DNA of 64,000 nucleotides, taken from NCBI GenBank assembly GCA_051942205.1, contig JAVECO010000034.1:62001-126000 (forward strand). The letters are read 5' to 3'. Under the pieces are notes generated by a model. It did not search any database, was not told the DNA's origin, and saw only the letters and a program-made list of their open reading frames with translations. Positions 48,667 to 58,156 of the stretch are shown here, piece by piece. The position numbers were made by a program, and so were the translations under genes. Source of the stretch: Coniocarpon cinnabarinum (lineage: Eukaryota). The first letter of the stretch is position 1. Each line of letters opens with the position of its first letter.

Positions 48667-50457
48667 ATGGCAACCGACAACAGCCCAAGCCGCGAGTCGA
48701 TCGGCAACGACGCCAGCTCCTCCGACTCCAACCACAAGGAGAAGAACATCGACTCCGCTGAAGGAACCCAAATCGAGCATCCCGGCTTCGTCAACGAAAA
48801 CCCTTTTGGCAGCAGCAACCGTGAGGACGGCAAACGCGAAATCACCGGCAAGGAATGCAGCGGCAAGCTTGGTTATGATTTCCCCGAGTGGAAGAAATGG
48901 ACTATCCTCTCCGTCATTTTCACCGTCCAGGTGTCCATGGTCAGTGAAAAGCAATTCCTGCATGGCCCGGCATGCGAGTACACACGCTAACACAATTCCA
49001 CGCAGAACTTCAACACCTCCCTCTACTCCAACAACTTGAAAAACATCGAGGGAAAATTCAATGTTAGCGCTCAGGCCGCCCGGTGTGGTGCCATGATATT
49101 CCTGGTGTTTTACGCCTTTGGCTGCGAACTCTGGGCACCCTGGTCCGAGGAGTTTGGCCGTTGGCCCATTTTGCAGCTCTCGCTGTTCCTGGTCAACATC
49201 TGGCAGATTCTGGCCGGTCTGGCACCCAACTTCGGATCCCTCTTGGTCGCTCGAGCGCTCGGTGGTCTGTCCTCGGCCGGAGGTAGCGTCACCTTGGGAA
49301 TGATTGCCGACCTGTGGGATTCCAATCACCAACAATACGCCGTGGCTTTCGTTGTCTTCTCATCTGTCGGTGGCAGTATCTTCGGTCCCATCATCGGTGG
49401 CTTTTCCGAGAGATTCCTCGGCTATGCCTGGAACTTTTGGATTCAGCTCATCTTCGGCGCCGCAACCCAGGCAGTCCACTTTCTCTTCGTTCCAGAGACT
49501 CGTACCACCATCATGATGGATAGAATTGCCAAGAAGATGAGAAAGTCTGGCCAGGATCCCCACGTCTACGGTCCCAATGAGCTGAATCCCTTCATCAAGC
49601 GCTTCTCGTTCAAGGAACTCATGACCATCTGGAGCCGTCCATTCGTGATGTTCGTTCAGGAACCCATTGTCCTGTTCTTGTCGCTCCTCTCGGGTTTCAG
49701 TGACGCCCTCATCTTCATGTTTCTCCAGTCCTTCTCCCTCATTTACTCGGACATCTACGGATTCGGCATTATCGCGACCAACATGGCCTTTGCCCCAATT
49801 CTGATTGGATACTTCATTGCTTGGTTCTCCTTCATCCCCTTCATTCGCCGCAACATCGCAGACCGCAAGCGCTACCCCGAAAACGAACGCGTCCAATACG
49901 AGTCCCGTCTCTGGTGGCTCCTCTTCACCGCGCCATGCCTCTGGATCGGTCTGTTCGGTTTCGCCTGGACCACCCTCCCACAAGCCCACTGGATCGGCTC
50001 CATGATCTTCCAAGCCATCATCGGCATCGCCAACTACTCCATCTACATGGCCACCATCGACTACATGATCTGCGCCTACGGTCCGTACTCGGCCTCCGCG
50101 ACCGGCGGCAACGGCTTCTCGCGTGACTTCTTGGCCGGCGTCCTCACCATCCCCGCGACCCCCTTCTTCGAGAACATCGGCTCCAAGCACCAGGTCAACA
50201 ACGCCCTCACCATCCTGGCCTGCATCGCCATCTTGGTCACCATCCCCGTGTACATCTTCTACTTCCGCGGCGAGTGGTTCCGCAAGCGCTCGCCCTTTGC
50301 GCAGAGCTTGGCGGATGCCCAGAAGGACGGCACTGGTGACAGAATCGCCAGTATCGCGGACATCCGACGCAGTTCGGTGCGCCGGGCGAGTCAGCAGAGT
50401 CAGCAGGCGTCGTTGCAGAATGAGAAGACGGGCGCGCGGGATGACGCGCAGTTGTAG
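48667..50457 (+). CDS. MFS transporter, DHA1 (drug:H+ antiporter / polyamine transporter-like)
   Basis: FPEWKKWTIL, WAPWSEEFGRWP, ARALGGLSSAGG, GPIIGGF, VPETR and about 12 TM segments. Intron 48940-49005. TATA-like TATATATA at 48310-17. Confidence 0.93.
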
Positions 50458-50829
50458 CATAGTTTCGGATGGATGGCTTTTTTGGGGCAGTTTCGTAGTG
50501 GCAATGAAAACGGAGGTGAGCGATTGCTCTGTTCTCTATTATTTGAATTTCCGTGTTCTTTTTGCTCACTGGACGGAGGCCTGGTGGGTTATCCCTTTGG
50601 TGTGTTTGGTGTTGGTACTGTAACTGTAGAGATGATCCGCGACCGAGCATACCCTCTACAGTGCCTCACGCCGCTTGCTATCGTTACTCACCAGCAATAT
50701 GAAGAGTGCATCTAAAAGCGCGCATCTAAAGAGTGTGACGCTGACGAAACGCAGCCAAAGCGCAGCCCAGCACATAGATATACCTCCACGCCACCAGACT
50801 TTGGTCGTTCGTAAAACCCCTGTGTTCAA

Positions 50830-51900
50830 TCAAGCTTCAATGGGGACGTTGACGGGGACGTGACGGGGACGTTGATGAGCTTCATCCTAGCAAGAATCGA
50901 AAACGGTACCAGACGAGAGCAAAGACGGGTGCGCGTCGTACTCCTGAAGCGACGCTGGGCACGCTGGGTTGCTTCTCTGGGTGATTTTTCCAACTCGTCT
51001 GCTTCTTGGTGATTTCGACAACTCGTCTTCAAGCTCGACGCCGCCTTGTATGGTGAGTCTCAGCCTTAGCGGCTATCACTCGCCGTAATTCTTGTGGCGC
51101 TATTCTCGTGGCGTGTACGGTGCGGATTATCAGCTTAGTATGACTGCCACTCCGCCCCCCGATACCCATCAGCAATACAGCGCAACGTGCTTAGTCCGGG
51201 TTGTCCAGGTCGTACGGGTTGTCCGTGTTGCAATTGCCTGAGACGGCACGAGCGAATCTCAGAGGAGTGATAAGAACGCTCGAAACGGCGATTGATGCTC
51301 GTTGCCGAGACGTGATATCTGGAAAATTTGAGCATGGTTAAGCATGGTTAGCATTGTGCGCGATGCGTGCGTCACGTTATGACTGGGAAAGACTGGAAGA
51401 GAAGGAAAGCGATGTCACTGATTTGAGGAGGCGTTTGAATTAGGAGGCTTTTGAATGAGGAGGCTTTTGAGGAAAGAGGGGAAAAGGGGATTCGGGAAAA
51501 GGGGATTCGGGAAGATGCATAGAGAGAGAGTCGCTGATGCCTGAATAGCTAGAAGCCATATGTATTTCCGTGCTTTGTTCGTGCTTTGTTCCTAGTTATT
51601 TCGGGTTTTGTGGTTCAGATTTTGTGATGGGATGAGCGATTGGAAGGGCGATGAGAAGAGATAGGAAGGAATATAGGAAGAGAGATGGGAAGAGCGGCGA
51701 AGGAGCGAAGCAGTGTCCCAGCATTTAACATCTGTATTCTTCGCATTACTAGATTATGACTACATTTTCATTAAACACATTTTGACACCAAAGAGAAACG
51801 GCATTTGCTGAAAGCGTTGCTGCAAGAAGCGCTATAACACGAGTAAGCGCCACGATATTGGTGTCAGTGTCAGTGTCAGCATTCATATCAGTATCGACAC
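50830..51900. repeat. Non-coding stretch dense in short tandem duplications
   Basis: ggggacgt(t)ga x3, acgctggg x2, agcatggtta x2, cgggttgtcc x2, ggaggc(g/t)tttga x3, gaaaaggggattcgg x2, cgtgctttgtt x2 and gtgtca x3. Confidence 0.6.
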
Positions 51901-51960
51901 AGTAACGAATCAATCGGTAAGACGTCAAGATATAGCTATATTGACTTCAGAGATGTCTCC

Positions 51961-54900
51961 TCATCTCCGCCGAAGCTTAAAAGCAAAAGGATCATCCTCG
52001 CTCTCCTCCTCATCCACCCGTTCTAAGATTTTAGCTTGCCGCCTCGTCTCTCGTCCTTTGGCAGTTTGCCGTCGCTTTGCAGGCGACTCGTCACCATTTG
52101 ACCCCCTCTTCTTACTACTCTGTCCTGCACTCTGTCCAGCGCTATCATTCACCGCACTTCTAGCCGCAGCATTGCTATGGCCGCTTTCTGGACGAGTCCC
52201 GGATCCAGCGCCAGCGCTACTGCGATGAGTGCCACTGCTGCCGCCCTTGCTCCGTGCTGATGATTTCTGAGTGCTCTTCTGAAGTGAGAGTGATTGTTGC
52301 GTCTGTTGCAATTTTTCATGCACCCATGTTTGATCTGTGGGTCCGGCCAGTTCCTCCGGTAACATCTCATTGAGTCTTTGCTCTTCGCGTTCTTCATTTT
52401 CGATGGCGCGGCGAGTGAGATCGTCCATGAAGGGGAGATGGTCTTCGTCGTCTTCTCCATTCATTTCCTGATCATCTTTATCATCACCGCCGCCACCAGC
52501 TCCTCTATCGCCGCCGTGTCTTCCTCGTCCACTAGTAGAGCCGCTAAGATCGCGCTGCGTCTGGCTTTGACTCTTCTTCTTCGACCTAGAGGATGACGAC
52601 GGCGAAAACGAAACCCAATATTTATCACCGATACCATAGTCTTTTGGTTCTTCGACCTCGACGTCAACAATGACGCGGGTGCCGCGGTTGTATTGATCAC
52701 TCCTTCCTTCGCCTTTACGACGGAAGCGTTTGAAGTTTTTGCGGCCAGCGTAGGGATCTGTTTCTGTGTCTCTACTATCATCCTGACGAGTTCGCGTGTT
52801 GCTTTTGCTACCGCGTCGGCGCGTAGTCGCTTTCTCAGTGGCAGGGGCTTTGCGCTTGCCCTTGCCTTTGGCAGTGGAAGCATTGCTAGATCGAGAAGTC
52901 GGGCCTTTGGAAGGAGATCCAGCACGAAGACCGGGGACGTCCATCTCTTCTACAATGACCAAGTCACGGAGTTTCCTGACTTCTTCATCGTCGGCATTCA
53001 ATTCGCGTTCCTCGCTCTCGCGCTTGACCTTGTCCATGGCATTGACGTGCTCACGAGCGCGCTGTCGTAGATCCTGCTGCGTTGTTCTCTTCTTCATGTC
53101 CTTACCGGCTTTTGAAGCAGGACGAGCTGGAGCGTCAGAGTCGGAAGATCCAGGGGTATGCGTAGTAGCCGGCGGCGTATGAGATGGTGAAGGCTGCTGC
53201 AAGCGCCGTTTCTTGAGGGCACGACTACCTGGCAAAAGATCATCCATGGCAGCCTCATTGTCCACGGGTTCAGGATCCGGCTCCGTGCGCGATGGCGGTC
53301 GCTTTCTAGCGCGAGTGCTCGGAGCGTTTTGGGAGTCGGAGACGAAGAGGCCTTGGCTCTCGGCTTGCTGGTTTTGTGAGTGGTTTTGTGAGTTGTTCTT
53401 GCGGAGACGCCGAGAGACGCCCATGTCTTGCGTGCCAGCCGCGGCTTGATTACTGGGTGGACCACCTTCGTCCAGGGCATCGTCTGCGGCGGCGGCGGGT
53501 GCGATGGGATCAGCGTCTGCAAAGTCGTCGAAGCCGGTGAACTTGGCTTTGGCGGTTCCAAGCCGACGAGAACGGAGACGCGACGGTCTCGGAGCAGGCT
53601 CTGGTGAGGGCTGTGCGTCATTTTGAGGTCTGGCTGAGGTTGAGGTAGGCTCCTTCGATGGCGATTGCTCATGGCGGGGTTGCTCATCTTGTGACGTTTG
53701 GGCTGATGGCTGACGTCGGCGAGAACGAATTGGTTCTGAGGCGGGTTGTTGATCAGACTGAATGGATGTGGTTTGGTGAAGCGAAGGCGGTGGCATTGAG
53801 GTTGCTTCGTCCTCATATTCTAAGTGACGCTTCAGGCCAGAGGTGTCTTTTGTGAGTATCACGTCCAAGAACTGGCGAAGGATTGTCAACTTCAGATCTT
53901 TGAAAGACACAAGATGATATAAAAGAAAGTTTAAAGGCGGGGGCGTCTGACTCTTCTCATGCCCCACGACATAGGATTGGCGAGGGTTGACTCACCTCAC
54001 GTTGCTCTACTGAGCGCTGATCAAGATCTCGCTGAACATCATGGACGAACCGCGTCGTCCAATCACTGAGCTCCGGGGTGTCATCTTTCTTTGGTTGAGT
54101 TCTGACCACGACGACGCCCTTTGGACTATCCTCATTGAAGGCTTCCTACAGAAGAGGTGAGTTAAGACCCCTCTATGCATAATACAAAGTGATAATGAGC
54201 CCGGTGACTTTGTAGAGAGTAGACTCACGTTGCTCGCTTTGCCAGCAAGTTGACGAATCTGAGCCGTCACATCCTCAACTTTGGTAACCAAGCGCTCAAC
54301 TTCGATGAGCGGGCATTTCGCACCAGCTAACGATAATGCGGGCTCAAGTGTATCTCGCTGCTGGGGGTCCAAAAAGACAAACGTGAATCCCTCCAACAAG
54401 CTTTCACGTTGAGGGTCTGGCTTCAGGTAATGAGCATCTCTGGCTACAGGCTCAACGCTCGGTGGTGGCACAAATTTCATCGCGTCCGGCCAATGTGCAT
54501 CAAAGTTCTGCTCCAGCAGGCTTGGAAGTGGCGTCTGGCCATCTTCATCGACACCTGGACTTTTTGCTGCCGTGATGATGGCGTCGATGTATTCATGAGT
54601 GACAATATACTTTGCACTGATGATGCTTTGCAAGACTTTTGGAAGGTTGCGCTTGCTCGCGATGGTGTGCGTCGTCCGATCGAAAAGGAATTCAGTAATT
54701 AGCTTCACGTCCAGAGGCTCTAGGTCCTGATGGTTGGCATCAATCGCAGGAGCTCGATGAGTGGTCGATGTCAGTACTATCGGTACCCATTTGAGTCTGA
54801 CATCGAATTAGCTCACATCCTATCTCTACTTCAAATAGCATACTTCAACAGCTGATCGAAGCTGCCCAGTCGAATGCTGTGTTCATTATTGTCCAGCACA

Positions 54901-55342
54901 ATCGTTTCCTTGCAGAACCTCTGTCCATTGAGTGTCGTTCCAAACTTGGAATCATCGGTGATGGATAGCTTAGTTTTCTTGTCTACACGAGTCTGTTGCT
55001 GTGGTCAGAGGGCGGTCACAAGCTCAACGACTTCACCGCTTACTGCTTGTCCTGCCTCTACATTGTCCACAGAAATGGTCAGATGCTTCCGTGAGACTCC
55101 TTTGTGCGAAATAGCAAAGCCCCCTTCGCGAATCAGTCCTGAATTACCTTCCGGTACCCTCTGTGATTCTTACGTGTGTGTCCCGTGCCTGCGGACGTCC
55201 TGCCGAACAGAAACTGTCGTCCGGGGCGCAGCCATAGCCTCTTGCCTACAGCGAGTCAGGAACACAGAGTTCGCCTTTCTGCCCACCATGACGGATTGCA
55301 CATGCCTTCAAGGAGCTCTCCATCAGCCTCCAGGACCCACAT
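51961..55342 (-). CDS. NBS1: Nibrin/Nbs1, MRN complex subunit (FHA-BRCT)
   Basis: MWVLEADGELLEGKRLWLRPGRQFLFGRT and SRKH..SKFGT FHA motifs; Mre11-binding RKNFKRFRR; acidic C-terminal EDDPFAFKLRRR. Several introns, the first GC-AG. Confidence 0.92.
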
Positions 55343-55682
55343 CGCAATTCTGCGAAATTACAAGAAGCGCAAAGCCTTGTTGGCACGGTGCATGTGTGCA
55401 TGTGATAGAATCAGGCCGTGAAGACGCGCTTGTATCTTTTGGGGATTAGCGCAAACGCGAAGACACGTGCGAGTGGCAAATCCCTTGGGAAAACGTTGAC
55501 GCTTGTTGCAAACACAGATCAAAGAATGCCACCAACTTCTCCTAAATCTTACGTGTAATAATATGCCAATGGCCAAGCTATCCAACGGGTAACGGTGCAG
55601 GCAGTCAGTGCCGATCCGATGCGTGTTTCTTTGAAAAAGATAATGGATTATATTTAGTTTTTGTTTAGATCACGTGTTTTGA

Positions 55683-55888
55683 GCGGTCGTGATGTAGTGG
55701 TTATCATGTTCGCCTTACACGGTAACTCCTGTTGCCTCTGTTCCGCGAAAGTGAGTTGATCAAAGCTTCCCACGCATCCTTGGCTAACCATCTCCAAATA
55801 GTGTCGTGGGTTCGAACGTACGTGACCATGAGTAACACCTGTCATTACAAACAGCCTCCTAACTTCTCGAAATAGCCCACCGACCGTA
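55683..55888 (+). tRNA. tRNA-Val(UAC) in four exons (55683-55719, 55744-55750, 55802-55817, 55876-55888): one canonical tRNA intron plus two spliceosomal-type introns
   Basis: Joined exons: GCGGTCG TG ATGT AGTGGTTA TCAT G TTCGC CT TAC AC GCGAA ATGTC GTGGG TTCGAAC CCCAC CGACCGT A (73 nt). Acceptor GCGGTCG/CGACCGT, anticodon stem TTCGC/GCGAA, T stem GTGGG/CCCAC, discriminator A. Confidence 0.9.
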
Positions 55889-55906
55889 TAACTGGAACTT
55901 GGAATG

Positions 55907-55920
55907 TTTTTGTTATTTTT
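55907..55920 (+). terminator. Oligo-T Pol III terminator candidate downstream of the tRNA
   Basis: TTTTT GTTA TTTTT starts about 19 nt after the discriminator base. No T4 or longer run occurs within 55683-55888. Confidence 0.6.
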
Positions 55921-56545
55921 GTGTGGGTGGTAGAGCTGACATGCATGCGGACTCTTTCGTACTCGTGCAAGAGTCGGTCGTGATCTGCATCTTTTTGCCT
56001 CTGATGCCTGCTTGCCACGTGCCGCTGTCACCTCGTCTCGCGAGGGCGGCATGCACATGCAAGTAACTTGCGCAGACCTCGCCCGCTTATCATTCCGTCT
56101 ATCTATAGCGTACGTGCACACCAACATCAGTCAGGGTGCCAACATGAATCTACCCGAGAATGCCAAGGAATATGATAATATTAATGACAAGCAGATCTTG
56201 CGAAAACATGAGGTTCCATTTAGAGAATTCCCTGAATTCACTCTGTTTCTGTTCTACAATACGAGCGGCTTTTCCTTAGCCTTTCTATCTATCCGGTCCA
56301 GCCTGATCGCTATGCAAGTCTTTCATTTTCCAACATTTGGCCCGCATCATGCAAGAAGTGAAGATCAACGCCCTCTCGTGAACCGACCCATGCGTTGCCT
56401 GATGCCCGTCTATAGCTCCAATCATCTCGTGACTCCATTGCCATGCGTTACAAGAATAGCAGTCTAACTCTTGACCTTCTCATTGGCCAGCCACACGGCG
56501 CGACAATCTGAATGATCCGTGCGGCAACCAGACGTGCCATTCACG

Positions 56546-56839
56546 TCAGGTATAGCGGCCCCCATCGTCCTTGCCCGAACGAGGGCCGTCGCCAGTGCTT
56601 CCGCTTGGCTTGTGAACCACCACAGGCTTGCTCTTGTAGCTTTTTGAGTGTCCAGACATGCTAGCTGAAGTGCCGCGAGCAGACGATATGGCTTGAATGA
56701 TAGAGTCAGCATAGTGATCAGAGCTGGCAAAGAGACGTGACATACTGCTTGACGTTGAGCTTGGGCGTTTCGGTTTGTGTGATGAGGTGCTCGACGAGGA
56801 CTTGTGCGAGCTCGATGATGAATACTTTGTGACCGGCAT
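56546..56839 (-). CDS. Small Ser/Lys-rich hypothetical protein (97 aa)
   Basis: ATG in a TTCACCATG context; coherent low-complexity ORF MPVTKYSSSSSHK..KPVVVHKPSGSTGDGPRSG; TATAAA on the same strand about 280 nt upstream. Confidence 0.55.
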   Translation of the reverse strand: MPVTKYSSSSSHKSSSSTSSHKPKRPSSTSSSMSRLFASSDHYADSIIQAISSARGTSASMSGHSKSYKSKPVVVHKPSGSTGDGPRSGKDDGGRYT

Positions 56840-58156
56840 GGTGAATGTCGCTGACTGCGGTGTCTTCTTATACAGTAACTTGGACACGAGCGAGAATGCT
56901 TTGGTGTTCTTTAATGGTGTGACACAGGAGGAGGGGGCCGGTGAGGTCGAGTCTCCGTCAGGTGTATGGGGTCTTGCGGTGAGGCAGAAATATTTCCGGT
57001 CGCAGAGTAGTGTTGGGACGGTCGGAGTATTTCTATAGTATGCCTTTGAGCTAAGAGAGGATGAGCAGTAAGGAAAGGGGAAAGACCCAGTCAGAGAGAA
57101 GGTACAGAGCTGTCTTTATAATAACAGAACACGTGCGGTGACTACGAAGCACATCGGGACCAAGCAGCACTACTAGGGAGCCTATCTCCACCTGTGTCAA
57201 GGCAGAAAGGCCTGCCATGGCCCATTGGGAAGGCATTGGAAAGGACAAGACTCAGCTGGTGCCTTGGGACTCATTCCAGAGTGACTCAGATGCGGTCTCT
57301 CGACCACACCGTCAGACGGCTGGAGAACGCGTCTTTTTCAAAGCCGAAATTTGGCAGACTTTGCATTGCCTATGAGATGGAAGCAATGCGTCGCCTCGCG
57401 GTGGCCCTGGTCAGCGGACGGTGCTGCGCACGAGGCAAGCCGTGCGTGAAAGGTGGCATTGCGCGAACAAACTTTTCGTCAGAAGCTGCTTGATCCAGCA
57501 GAGATCTCGGGACGCCCACGCCCACGTCCAGCGGCGCCCTGTCATCGCGCGTGCGTGCTGGGCGTCGACGACCAGGCTACAAGGCAGAGGGGGACGAGGG
57601 GGAAGTGGTGAGCGGGCGATTGCTTGGCGTCAGGTTTCCCCGCGCTAGGTCGAAAGGGGGCTGGCGCAAGGCATTGTCTCGTCGTGCTCGTCCCCTGCGC
57701 CTCTCCCGCTACTCTCTCCCCTCTCCTACGCCCCAAACTTTGTTCCTTTTCCATAGGCCCAGCGACGTGACGCATCCGTCGCAGCAAGAAGAACGCCGGC
57801 CGCAGGTGTGGAGTCCAGGGCGAGTCCCGTCGGCCTCAGAGCAGACAGCGCGCAGTGTCACGCAAACATCCGCCTGCCCCTTCTCGGCTTCGTCCCATCC
57901 GCCAGCGTTCTGAGCCAGCAACAGTCACGATTGATGCCCCTTCCGCAGTGCGGCTGTGGTCGCCTGACCTCTGCTGGTGTAGTGTATGCTCCCTATTGAC
58001 GAGGCCGCCATGTCACATCCTGTGCGGTCAACAGCCACTCTGCCTGCGCCAGCCCTGCCAGACCTTTCCGCAGGAGTCCTCTTGGAGACGCCAGAGGGCC
58101 TGACTGGGACTGTGCGATCACGGCGAGGTGTCGAGGCACAGCCATCAGTCACCCAG

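Noticed and set aside
49360..50460. 366 aa antisense ORF opposite the MFS gene, and similar shadows opposite SSADH, DAHP synthase and the peroxygenase
   Set aside because: Expected from strong C-ending codon bias on the sense strand; no protein motifs.
55685..55828. Alternative parse as a single-intron or pseudo tRNA ending at ..CGTGACCA
   Set aside because: The T stem does not pair (GTGGG versus GTACG) and the D-arm register is off. The four-exon parse gives complete stems with exact GT-AG boundaries.
55654..56127. 157 aa minus-strand ORF over the tRNA locus
   Set aside because: Non-ATG start and no recognisable motifs. The splice signals lie on the plus strand and are explained by the tRNA.
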